IMG/VR virus record: IMGVR_UViG_3300027770_000025
Location: 1 to 64,000 of that record
Strand: one strand, 5' to 3'
DNA: 64,000 nt
Shown here: positions 40,861 to 49,821 of the stretch, one piece after another
How the letters are laid out: the number at the start of each line of letters is the position of its first letter
Numbering within the stretch: position 1 is the first letter of the stretch
Notes under the pieces: generated by a model
The model's input: only the letters and a program-made list of their open reading frames with translations
Told to the model about the DNA's origin: nothing
The model's database searches: none
Made by a program: the position numbers and the translations under genes

Positions 40861-42916
40861 TCTGGTTTGGTTTCTTTTTTGCAGTTATCTTAACCTTTAC
40901 TGGAATCTGCATATCTGCTTCTTTTACTGAATCATAAGAAAGCGTAACTGTACTCCCCTCCTCAATCTTACCTTGTACCATAAGATCAGCTAAAGTGTCT
41001 TCTACGTATTTTTGGAGCATTCTCTTAATAGGTCTTGCCCCAAACTTGGGATCAAATCCATTTTCTGCTATCTTTTCTTTTAGATCCTGAGCAACCTTTA
41101 CCTTGTATCCAAGACTTTCTAATCTAGGCATAATCTTGCTTATCTCAACATCGAGGATGTTAATAACGTCTTCCTTTTCTAATGCTTTAAAGTAAACTAT
41201 GTCATCTAATCTGTTTATAAACTCAGGGGAGAATGTTTTTTGTAATTCTTTCTTTAACAGAATCTCATTTTCAGTCTCTGCTTTATCCTGTTTAGATTTA
41301 GTGGTGAATCCCATGCCTCCGCTGTAGTCCTGAAGATTTCTTTGACCCACATTGGATGTTAAAATTATTAGCGTGTTTTTAAAATTAATCTTTCTACCCA
41401 TTCCATCTGTAATAGATCCCTCATCTAATATCTGTAACATGGTGTTAAATATGTCTGGATGTGCTTTTTCAATTTCATCAAATAGTACTATAGAATAAGG
41501 TTTCCTTCTAACCTTTTCTGTTAGTTGCCCACCATCTTCGTGTCCAATATATCCTGGGGGAGCACCAATTAATTTAGTTGCTTCAAATTTCTCCATATAT
41601 TCGCTCATATCAACTCTAATAAGAGCGTCGGGATCACCGAACATAATGCTGGCAAGTTCTTTAGCTAGTTGTGTTTTACCGACACCAGTTGGTCCAATAA
41701 AGATAAATGAGCCAATTGGTTTATTTGGATCTTTTAGCCCCATTCTATTCCTTCTGATAGCTTTAGCAATTTTTTCTATTGCGTGATCCTGCCCAATTAC
41801 TTTAGCCTTAAGATCTGGCTCAAGACTAATAAGTTTTTCGTTTTCTAATTGGGTTACTTTTTTAAGAGGAATACCTGACATCATCGAAACAACCTCTGCT
41901 ACCCTTTCGCCATCTACGACTTTCTTTCTCTCCTTCATTTTTTTCTCCCAGTCTTTAACCTCAATATCTAATGATATTTTGATTTTTCTCTCCTGGTCCC
42001 TATATTTAGCAGCAGCCTCGTAATCTTGTTTAGCCACTGATTTTTTCTTATCCGCTTGAACAGTCTCCAGATTTTTCTCTAATGTCTTAATAACCTCTGG
42101 AACCTTAACATCGGTTAATTGGGTTCTACTTCCTGCCTCGTCCATAGCATCTAATGCTTTATCTGGGAAGTTACGATCAGTGATATATCTTTCTGTTAAT
42201 TTAGCGCAATTAACAATTGCATCATCAGTGTAAGTTACGTTATGATGCTCTTCGTACTTTTGTTTAACGTTATTTAGAATTAATAGCGTTGTTTCTAAAT
42301 CTGGTGCATCTACCTGAACTTTTTGAAATCTTCTTTCTAATGCTCCGTCCTTCTCGATGTTTTGCCGATATTCATTTATCGTTGTTGCTCCGATACATTG
42401 TATCTCACCTCTTGATAAAGCAGGCTTAAACATATTAGCAGCATCTAATGATCCTGATGCTCCCCCAGCTCCAACCATAGTGTGAATCTCATCAATAAAT
42501 ACGATTACGTTTTTATTACCTCTAAGCTCTTCTAAAATTGCTCTTATCCTTTCTTCAAATTGTCCACGATATTTAGTACCTGCAACAACAGATCCTAGAT
42601 CTAAGCTAAGTACCCTTTTGTTAAGTAATCCTCTGGAAACTTTTCTCTGCACAATTCTAAGCGCAAGTCCTTCTGCAATAGCAGATTTACCTACACCGGG
42701 ATCACCAATTAAAACCGGATTATTCTTTTTCCTTCTTGAAAGAACTTGCGAAACCCTTTCTATCTCTTCATCTCTACCTATAATAGGATCGAGTTCTCCC
42801 TTTATAGCCATCTCTGTTAAGTCTCTTGAATATTGATCAAGAGCCGGAGTTTTGCTACTTCCCTTTTTATAGGTAGGATCGTTTAAATTATCATCGTACT
42901 CGTCTTCGAAAGCCAT
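40841..42916 (-). CDS. clpC: ClpC-like AAA+ ATPase lacking the N-terminal domain
   Basis: LDPIIGR, GDPGVGKS, FIDEIH, UVR-like middle helix (QDYEAAAKYRD), GPTGVGKT, DEIEKAH, MGF loop. Confidence 0.92.
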   Translation of the reverse strand: MAFEDEYDDNLNDPTYKKGSSKTPALDQYSRDLTEMAIKGELDPIIGRDEEIERVSQVLSRRKKNNPVLIGDPGVGKSAIAEGLALRIVQRKVSRGLLNKRVLSLDLGSVVAGTKYRGQFEERIRAILEELRGNKNVIVFIDEIHTMVGAGGASGSLDAANMFKPALSRGEIQCIGATTINEYRQNIEKDGALERRFQKVQVDAPDLETTLLILNNVKQKYEEHHNVTYTDDAIVNCAKLTERYITDRNFPDKALDAMDEAGSRTQLTDVKVPEVIKTLEKNLETVQADKKKSVAKQDYEAAAKYRDQERKIKISLDIEVKDWEKKMKERKKVVDGERVAEVVSMMSGIPLKKVTQLENEKLISLEPDLKAKVIGQDHAIEKIAKAIRRNRMGLKDPNKPIGSFIFIGPTGVGKTQLAKELASIMFGDPDALIRVDMSEYMEKFEATKLIGAPPGYIGHEDGGQLTEKVRRKPYSIVLFDEIEKAHPDIFNTMLQILDEGSITDGMGRKINFKNTLIILTSNVGQRNLQDYSGGMGFTTKSKQDKAETENEILLKKELQKTFSPEFINRLDDIVYFKALEKEDVINILDVEISKIMPRLESLGYKVKVAQDLKEKIAENGFDPKFGARPIKRMLQKYVEDTLADLMVQGKIEEGSTVTLSYDSVKEADMQIPVKVKITAKKKPNQNDPDKH

Positions 42917-42941
42917 ATATTATTTGTTATTATATTTTATC

Positions 42942-42972
42942 CAAAAATACGATTAAATTTCGGGTTAAAAAA
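42942..42972 (-). promoter_or_regulatory. Bacteroidetes-type host-RNAP promoter for clpC-rpsU
   Basis: Minus strand TTTTTTTAACCCG-N11-TATTTTTG (TAnnTTTG -7 box). Confidence 0.65.
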
Positions 42973-43032
42973 ATAAAAATCAATTAAGATAAAAATCTTT
43001 AACCTATTTTAGAGAATATGAGCATGTACAGA

Positions 43033-43058
43033 ATAACCGGATATTCTCCGGTTTTTAT
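43033..43058. terminator. Probable terminator hairpin
   Basis: AACCGGA/TCCGGTT inverted repeat downstream of the 43077 gene. Confidence 0.5.
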
Positions 43059-43076
43059 TATTTTTATTTGGCTATT

Positions 43077-43913
<837 letters not shown>

Positions 43914-43952
43914 TTAATGTAATTTTATTTAATACTATATATTCTGAATGAT

Positions 43953-44699
43953 TTATCTTTTATATGTAAGGGTAAAAGAAACCCTCTGGTCTGTTGCTTT
44001 TAATGCATCTTTAAATTTTGTAGGCAGCGTAGAAGTCCATGATTCATAGGAAATACCGAGAGATATTGTCTTTGATATTTTTTTAGTTATGTCCAAATTA
44101 TTTGATAAGTTCGTATTATTACTACCAGTAAATCCAGATTTTGACCAAAATGCTGGTTGATATAAAACTACATTGGATATTAAAACACCTAATACTTCTT
44201 TGGAAATGGACTGCCTTACACTAGCTCTAAAGCTATTTTTCCAGTCCCCACCTATAAGCATATCATCATAAACCGGAGCTATTGATGTATTGGTTCTGAA
44301 TCCTTTACCGTCAATTTCTTTCTTTATCCCTATACCTCCAGCAACTCTTAAATCTATTCTTTTAGAGTAAGAATGTTCTAAATTTCCAAATATGATTAAA
44401 CTAAATCCTTTTTTGATATCCCTCCAGAAAAAAAGATCAGCCCTAAGATCCTCTGCTTTCTTAATCATCTCGCCATCAGACGTTTGGGCATATTGAATAA
44501 AATAATCAGGTGAAAATATAACACCGTGCTTAGATTTAGCACCGTCATAATTTATTATTGATTTTGTTGTTAGCTGAAAGCTGTTTGAGTTACCAGAGTT
44601 ATAAACACCACCTAAAGTAAATTTAGTTATTCTTAGCGTATCCTGTGCTTTAGCTTTGATAGCAATTAAAATAAGTAAGAATAGAAATATGTTTTTCAT
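43953..44699 (-). CDS. Outer-membrane beta-barrel protein (DUF481-like)
   Basis: Signal peptide ending AKA-Q, GNSN, LRVAGGIG, YQPA, alternating beta strands. Confidence 0.65.
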   Translation of the reverse strand: MKNIFLFLLILIAIKAKAQDTLRITKFTLGGVYNSGNSNSFQLTTKSIINYDGAKSKHGVIFSPDYFIQYAQTSDGEMIKKAEDLRADLFFWRDIKKGFSLIIFGNLEHSYSKRIDLRVAGGIGIKKEIDGKGFRTNTSIAPVYDDMLIGGDWKNSFRASVRQSISKEVLGVLISNVVLYQPAFWSKSGFTGSNNTNLSNNLDITKKISKTISLGISYESWTSTLPTKFKDALKATDQRVSFTLTYKR

Positions 44700-44729
44700 G
44701 CTTATTGTTTCACGAGATAAAAAAATATT

Positions 44730-45722
44730 TTAAGCTAGAACACCAACTTTTTCTAAACTTATCTGAATCTGTTCAATGATCTGATAGGGGTTTGCGTTAG
44801 AAGCCGGTCTTCTATCTTCAAGATACCCTTTCTTATTATCGATGGTTGCTTGGGGTATTCTAATAGAAGCACCTCTGTCAGCTACACCATAAGAAAACTT
44901 ATCTATGTGTTGCGTCTCATGAAGACCAGTTAGTCTCTGATCATTATCAGATCCGTAAGCTTTCATGTGATCATTTCTTCTCTCATCAAACACTTCAAAT
45001 ATTCTCTCAAATACACTCCAATCTCCAGAATTTCTCATTTCGTCTGTTGAGAAGTTAGTATGTAAACCTGAACCGTTCCAATCACCTTTTAAAGGCTTAG
45101 GGTGGTATTCTACAGTAACCCCAAACTCTTCTGTTATTCTCTCTAGAAGATATCTAGCAATCAATAATTGATCTGCTGCATCAACACCAGTACCAAAAAT
45201 TTGAAATTCCCATTGCCCTATAAGAACCTCTGCGTTAATTCCTGTTATATCCAAACCAGCTTCCAGACAAACATCTAAATGTTTTTCTACTATTTGTCTT
45301 GCGGATACGTTTTCTGTTCCAACTGCACAATAGTATTTTCCTTGTGGCTCTTGTCCTGCTCTAAATCCTAACGGAACTCCACATTGGGACAAAATATACT
45401 CCTGTTCAAACCCCCACCAATTATCTTTGTTATCTTCTAAAAGATGCCTATGATTAGACTCATGCGGGGTTAAATCAGGATTCATCACCTCACATAAAAC
45501 AAGATAAGCATTCTTTCTCTCTGGATCTTTGATAACTTTAACTGGCTTTAACGCACAATCAGATTTTTTCCCCTCTGCTTGTCTTGTAGATGATCCATCA
45601 AAACTCCAAATTGGCAATGCATCAGGAACATAAATATTGTCAAGGATCTTTGTTTTAGACCTTAGATTTGGCTCCGGCTCATAACCATCCAACCAGATGT
45701 ATTCGTACTTGTACTTATTCAT
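44730..45722 (-). CDS. glnII: Glutamine synthetase type II
   Basis: EYIWLDG, LRSKTK, WSFDGSST.QA, GFEQEY, NAEV..GQWEFQ, GDWNGSG.H.NFS, RLTG.HET, YLEDRRPASN. Confidence 0.95.
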   Translation of the reverse strand: MNKYKYEYIWLDGYEPEPNLRSKTKILDNIYVPDALPIWSFDGSSTRQAEGKKSDCALKPVKVIKDPERKNAYLVLCEVMNPDLTPHESNHRHLLEDNKDNWWGFEQEYILSQCGVPLGFRAGQEPQGKYYCAVGTENVSARQIVEKHLDVCLEAGLDITGINAEVLIGQWEFQIFGTGVDAADQLLIARYLLERITEEFGVTVEYHPKPLKGDWNGSGLHTNFSTDEMRNSGDWSVFERIFEVFDERRNDHMKAYGSDNDQRLTGLHETQHIDKFSYGVADRGASIRIPQATIDNKKGYLEDRRPASNANPYQIIEQIQISLEKVGVLA

Positions 45723-45775
45723 AATAGTTCTTTATTTTTTATAGACCAAAAACGGAAAAAGTATTCATTTTTTTG

Positions 45776-45849
45776 CGGAGAACGGAGGGATCGAACTCAC
45801 TACCTTCTGGATCACAACCAGACGCTCTAACCTAATGAGCTACACACCG
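45776..45849 (-). pseudogene. Chimeric pseudo-tRNA: His(GTG) D and anticodon arms with a foreign (Ser-like) 3' end
   Basis: GCTC/GAGC D stem and TCTGG-TTGTGAT-CCAGA anticodon arm are intact. The T stem (GTGAG vs CCTCC) and acceptor (CGGTGTG vs GTTCTCC) do not pair. Confidence 0.7.
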
Positions 45850-45853
45850 TGTA

Positions 45854-46285
45854 TTATTTTGTGTTTAGGTATTCTTCTATCTCAGCTTCGTTTGCTAATC
45901 TAATAGGAACGAATAACGCAAATCCATTATCATCTTCGAAATGATTACACGTATCTAAACGAAATCCAAATTTATACCTCCAATGTTCAAAAACATTTTC
46001 TTCTGCATTCCATTTACCTACTTTTGCTCTTCTATACTCGCCATAGTAGAATTGGTTGTCAACTAGATCTGCCTTTGGTATAGCACCAGCAGCTATTAAT
46101 TTTGGTACATAGAATTCTCTATACTCCTTTTCATCAACACGTGGAATAACAGGAACGTCCTCTAGTTTTTCTATCTTTGGTAACGTCAGCCAATACTCCT
46201 TCATCCTTGCTTCTCTTTCCGCTTTTAACTTGAGTCTTTCAGCTTCAAATTTGAGCAGGTACTCTTCTTTTATTCTATCTTCCAT
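45854..46285 (-). CDS. Hypothetical phage protein
   Basis: Start moved to MEDRIK (46285) because the longer ORF overlaps tRNA-Cys; C-terminal HFEDDNGFALFVPI. Confidence 0.7.
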   Translation of the reverse strand: MEDRIKEEYLLKFEAERLKLKAEREARMKEYWLTLPKIEKLEDVPVIPRVDEKEYREFYVPKLIAAGAIPKADLVDNQFYYGEYRRAKVGKWNAEENVFEHWRYKFGFRLDTCNHFEDDNGFALFVPIRLANEAEIEEYLNTK

Positions 46286-46311
46286 GACTTTTATTTTTAT
46301 TTGTTTATTTG

Positions 46312-46385
46312 AGGCACCGGTAGGATTCGAACCCACGTCTTCCGCTTTGCAGGCGGTCATCTAGAAGCCACTCGGCCACGGTGCC
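46312..46385 (-). tRNA. tRNA-Cys(GCA)
   Basis: GGCACCG/CGGTGCC acceptor, U73, CCGC-CTGCAAA-GCGG, GTGGG-TTCGAAT-CCTAC; D arm irregular. Confidence 0.8.
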
Positions 46386-46419
46386 ATTGTTATATGTTTT
46401 CTTTATCCCAAGTTATGAG

Positions 46420-46492
46420 ATCCTATAGAGGGATTCGAACCCCCGACATTCTCATTAAAATGAGATGCTCTAACCAGCTGAGCTAATGTAGA
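46420..46492 (-). pseudogene. Degenerate tRNA-Lys(TTT)-like
   Basis: Good D and T arms, but the anticodon loop is only 6 nt (TTTTAA) and the acceptor stem is mispaired. Confidence 0.65.
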
Positions 46493-46518
46493 AAAAAGTT
46501 TCGGGATAAAAAAATATT

Positions 46519-46668
46519 TTATAAAATATCTTCCTGAATTGTGTAATTTATTATGTCATGAATTTCTATCATCCATGACATAGCTTCTTCATATGTTATT
46601 CCGGTTAACCCTTCTACAGGAACAGGGGGATATGATGAGATATTAATTACGCTGTAAGTTGTTTCCAT
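46519..46668 (-). CDS. Small hypothetical protein, 49 aa (METTYSVINISSYPPV...)
   Basis: ATG just after the stop of 46670; fills the gap. Not in the ORF track. Confidence 0.55.
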   Translation of the reverse strand: METTYSVINISSYPPVPVEGLTGITYEEAMSWMIEIHDIINYTIQEDIL

Positions 46669-46669
46669 A

Positions 46670-47467
46670 TTAGCTGAATGTTAGTGTTAATGTTTGTGTC
46701 TGTGCCCCTATCGTACCCCCAATTCCACCCCAGTTTGCATTATTAACGAATGGTCTCAATGCAGCTGTGCTAGCTGCATCACAGCTGAGAGTGTTTGAAA
46801 ATTCAACCACATTTGCTGGAACTGGAGGAGTACCATAACGACATCCAGTTCCAACAAGCCAGGTATTAGCTCCGATAGTAACGCTGACTGTGGTACCGTT
46901 TCTTAGATTGGTTGCTAGTGTTTGAACCTTTATTGGGTCAGATACATTATATACGGGCGAGCCCGAAAGGGAGCTTGTAAACGTAAAGTTTGTGTAGCTG
47001 CCTGTTAGTGATGCCCTAAATGCTGTCCATGCATTTTCTATTGCTGTACCTGGACTTGTGCTATATGTAAAAAGTTGGGAAAACGTTACCTGTACTTGTC
47101 CAGAGAAAAGTCCGTAATTATTTGTATCCAACCATCCAGTTGCTCCTGCTGTTGTTGTTAAATTCCCCGGGCTCCCTGGCAATCTATTAACTACCGCTAA
47201 AAGTTGGGCTTCTGATGTTCCTGCTGTTTTCCAAAAAGTGGGAACATCAGCAAGGGCAAACCCAGTTCCGCCACCAGTTGTTCTCCCTGCTAACCCTCTT
47301 GTTGTGGTATCTGATGTGATTAAATAAACACCAGTGTCATCGACACCTCCGTACCATCCCCCTGTACTAACATCCACATTGCCGGCAGAATATTGCAAAG
47401 TTTTCATCTGGGTAGCACCAGACTCTGCAGTTCCCCCTGGGTTATATTTGAATATGTAAGTTGCCAT
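46670..47467 (-). CDS. Thr/Gly-rich probable virion protein
   Basis: Beta-rich, charge-poor composition; late motif at 47489. Confidence 0.65.
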   Translation of the reverse strand: MATYIFKYNPGGTAESGATQMKTLQYSAGNVDVSTGGWYGGVDDTGVYLITSDTTTRGLAGRTTGGGTGFALADVPTFWKTAGTSEAQLLAVVNRLPGSPGNLTTTAGATGWLDTNNYGLFSGQVQVTFSQLFTYSTSPGTAIENAWTAFRASLTGSYTNFTFTSSLSGSPVYNVSDPIKVQTLATNLRNGTTVSVTIGANTWLVGTGCRYGTPPVPANVVEFSNTLSCDAASTAALRPFVNNANWGGIGGTIGAQTQTLTLTFS

Positions 47468-47524
47468 TTAATATTGTTAACTATTTTTCTATATATTTTT
47501 TTTATTAGGAATATACGGGTATCG

Positions 47525-47597
47525 TGGCTTCAGAAGGATTCGAACCCTCACCAACTCGTTCGAAGCGAGGTATGCTAATCCATTACACTATGAAGCC
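47525..47597 (-). tRNA. tRNA-Arg(TCG)
   Basis: GGCTTCA/TGAAGCC acceptor, CTCG-CTTCGAA-CGAG, GAGGG-TTCGAAT-CCTTC. Confidence 0.85.
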
Positions 47598-47600
47598 ATG

Positions 47601-47631
47601 AAAAAGGACTCTGTATTTATCAGAGTCCTTT
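47601..47631 (-). terminator. Terminator closing the protein+ncRNA unit
   Basis: Perfect 11-bp AAAGGACTCTG/CAGAGTCCTTT stem ending in a U-tract on minus. Confidence 0.8.
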
Positions 47632-47972
47632 CCATTTAATATTTCGGTATCTGAGATGATAAAGAGCATAGACTAAAACCAAATCTAAGTCAATATCAAA
47701 GACCCTTTCCTACTACAAAGTCAAAGTCAAAAACTAAGTCTCATTTTCGTTAGCCAATTTTTCGCATGCGATAACCTGTCTAACTGGTGAGTTCTATCTC
47801 AGTTTTTAGAATTTGTAGGAAAGGCGGGATATGATTATACCCACCCGGAGGCGGATAAGATTTGTAGTTTATAAATATAGGGGCATTCAGCCAGCATATA
47901 AAAAATCCCTACCATCCCAGATCAAATGAATGTGGAATCATCTTGTGACTATCCACACCCAACCCAATTCCT
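47632..47972 (-). ncRNA. Candidate ~340-nt structured RNA with pseudoknot and hexamer-periodic tracks
   Basis: No long ORF in a gene-dense genome. Crossing helices 47704-13/47815-24 (10 bp) and 47651-57/47796-802 (7 bp), nested GTTAG/CTAAC and CTCA/TGAG, two 5' hairpins. Confidence 0.65.
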
Positions 47973-48890
47973 TTATTCAGCTACGTCCTTTAAGAACATA
48001 TCGATCACCTCCTGAAATCTAGGATCGATACCTATTCTCAAAGCTGCTGTTTTTTTAATTTCATTCTGACGCTCTTCTTCAAACAAATGCGAAGCTTGAC
48101 GGTAGTTAGCCTGCCATTCCTCTTTTGCCTTGCTGTAATCGCTAATGACTTTTTGATTCACCTCATTAACAGAAGCTTCCTTAACCGCATTATCTTTAGC
48201 AATTCTAGCGTTCTCGGTGGTTACTAAATTCTTAACCTTCGCCTTGAAGTAGTTAACACGTTGCTCGTGAGCTCTATGAACTCCAGCAAGTTGTTCATGT
48301 AAATCACCTAACTCTTCAGACGTGTGATGTACACTAACCTTAAGTGGAGTTTTCTTTCCAGACTCTACTTCGATCCACTCTAGAGTTTTAAGTGTAGGTA
48401 ACTCTGATCTTAAGTTATCTAATTTACCCCCTTTGTGAATGAATTGTCCTACGTGAGATGCAAAAGCTTCCGCTTCTAAATACTCGTTGTATTCGGCTAA
48501 AGAAAGTTGGCTCCAAGCCCAATCTTCGTTAACTGAATCATCTATTTCTGCACTTTGAAGTTCACCGCATTTAGGAATCTCGATATCAAATTCCATGCGG
48601 GTGTTTCTAAGTCCATTAAGCATCTCTTCTTTGGCCTTAATGTTTTCCATTAAAAAAGCCTGGGTAGCGTGAAGCTTTGATTTATCTGCTAGCAGATCAA
48701 CCACGTTTTCTGGCATCTTTTTGCCCGGAGTTTCGATATAGGTCTCCTCTCCTATTTTAAGGACCTTTTCAACGTTGTTGATGTCTCTTAATTTAAAAGA
48801 GATGTCTCTTGATCTTTGGTTGCAAAGATTAGAGATTGACTGTGCTTGAGACATTGATAGTCCCTTCGAAGCTAAAGAATTTTTTCTCAT
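47973..48890 (-). CDS. Uncharacterised helical/coiled-coil protein upstream of the candidate ncRNA
   Basis: 305 aa, E/K/A-rich, N-terminus GLSMSQAQSISNLC; no recognisable catalytic motif. Confidence 0.85.
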   Translation of the reverse strand: MRKNSLASKGLSMSQAQSISNLCNQRSRDISFKLRDINNVEKVLKIGEETYIETPGKKMPENVVDLLADKSKLHATQAFLMENIKAKEEMLNGLRNTRMEFDIEIPKCGELQSAEIDDSVNEDWAWSQLSLAEYNEYLEAEAFASHVGQFIHKGGKLDNLRSELPTLKTLEWIEVESGKKTPLKVSVHHTSEELGDLHEQLAGVHRAHEQRVNYFKAKVKNLVTTENARIAKDNAVKEASVNEVNQKVISDYSKAKEEWQANYRQASHLFEEERQNEIKKTAALRIGIDPRFQEVIDMFLKDVAE

Positions 48891-48928
48891 ATGGTATAAA
48901 AAATTAAAGTATTTTCTTATTTATAGCG

Positions 48929-48962
48929 CAAACTTATGGTATTGTTACGGGATAAAAAAATA
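48929..48962 (-). promoter_or_regulatory. Bacteroidetes-type promoter for the 47973 gene
   Basis: Minus strand TTTTTTTATCCCG-N11-TAAGTTTG. Confidence 0.7.
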
Positions 48963-48976
48963 TTAAGTGATTTTTT

Positions 48977-49369
48977 TTAAATTACTTCGTTTTCAGATCC
49001 TCCGAAGAAATATAGGATTGATCTAATGTTTCGTTGTTCGTTGCTTAAGGCTTCAGCCTTAATTTTTTCGATAGCCATATAACCTTGTACAGATAAAAGG
49101 GTGTTTCTCTTGTCCATCAATTCAGTGTTTGTTCTAGATACATCAATAAAAGCAGCCTCTCTTGATTCTGCATTGCTGTAAATCTTCTTCCCGTTGTCAT
49201 CAACCTGTGAATTAATTTCAGTTTTAATTACAGATTCGATCTGAGAGATCTCATTAGAGATGTTTTGGGTCTGTTCGTTGTAATCTAAAATCATTCCTTG
49301 TTTTTCAAAAATCGCGTTAGGGATTTCCGATAGTCTTTCTGCAAGACTTGCTAATCTTTCTTTGTTCAT
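48977..49369 (-). CDS. Hypothetical coiled-coil protein
   Basis: Helical hairpin with GKKIYSNAESR. Confidence 0.7.
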   Translation of the reverse strand: MNKERLASLAERLSEIPNAIFEKQGMILDYNEQTQNISNEISQIESVIKTEINSQVDDNGKKIYSNAESREAAFIDVSRTNTELMDKRNTLLSVQGYMAIEKIKAEALSNEQRNIRSILYFFGGSENEVI

Positions 49370-49371
49370 GT

Positions 49372-49821
49372 TTATAAAATTTGTTTATTAATTGTTCCAT
49401 TTATCTCATAATCCCATCTAACCCTTATGCATGTTTCTGGTCTTTTACAGAGCTTAAGATAGAGATTTATATAACCCATGATATGGCAACACCCTATGGG
49501 ATTTGCAGAGTGTGTATAACATTGTGGCAGATCTTGTCCGGTAGATTTAGAATACTCTATTAACCATTTAGCAGCATCTAGACCGGTCTTTTCTTTTATC
49601 TTTGAATAGTCAATTACGTAAGTTTCCCTAACCTCTTCAACATAATGGCGGGTAGCAGAAAAATCTAGATCGTGATCTAGTGTTATAATTTCAATGTTAT
49701 CCAATCCGGTTTTTTCTACCAGATCGATAAACTCTTTGAAGTTCTTAACCACAACCCATTCGGTATCAGCTGATGGTGATTCTAATGGTGTTCTCTGGTC
49801 GTCTAGATAGATTGAAATCAT
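49372..49821 (-). CDS. Cyclic-phosphate-processing receiver-domain protein
   Basis: IYLDD.R.P, W.VVKN..EF, ITLDHDL, KTG.D.AKWL, HSANP.G. Confidence 0.75.
   Translation of the reverse strand: MISIYLDDQRTPLESPSADTEWVVVKNFKEFIDLVEKTGLDNIEIITLDHDLDFSATRHYVEEVRETYVIDYSKIKEKTGLDAAKWLIEYSKSTGQDLPQCYTHSANPIGCCHIMGYINLYLKLCKRPETCIRVRWDYEINGTINKQIL

Noticed and set aside
45854-46360. N-terminal extensions in the ORF track at 46360, 55567, 61630, 23578, 57930
   Set aside because: They overlap tRNAs, promoters or other genes; downstream ATGs fit better.
47632-47972. tmRNA, RNase P, group I intron or retron/DRT RNA as the identity of the non-coding region
   Set aside because: No tRNA-like ends, no recognisable catalytic-core motifs, no interrupted gene and no adjacent RT. 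Left as an unknown RNA pending an Rfam search.
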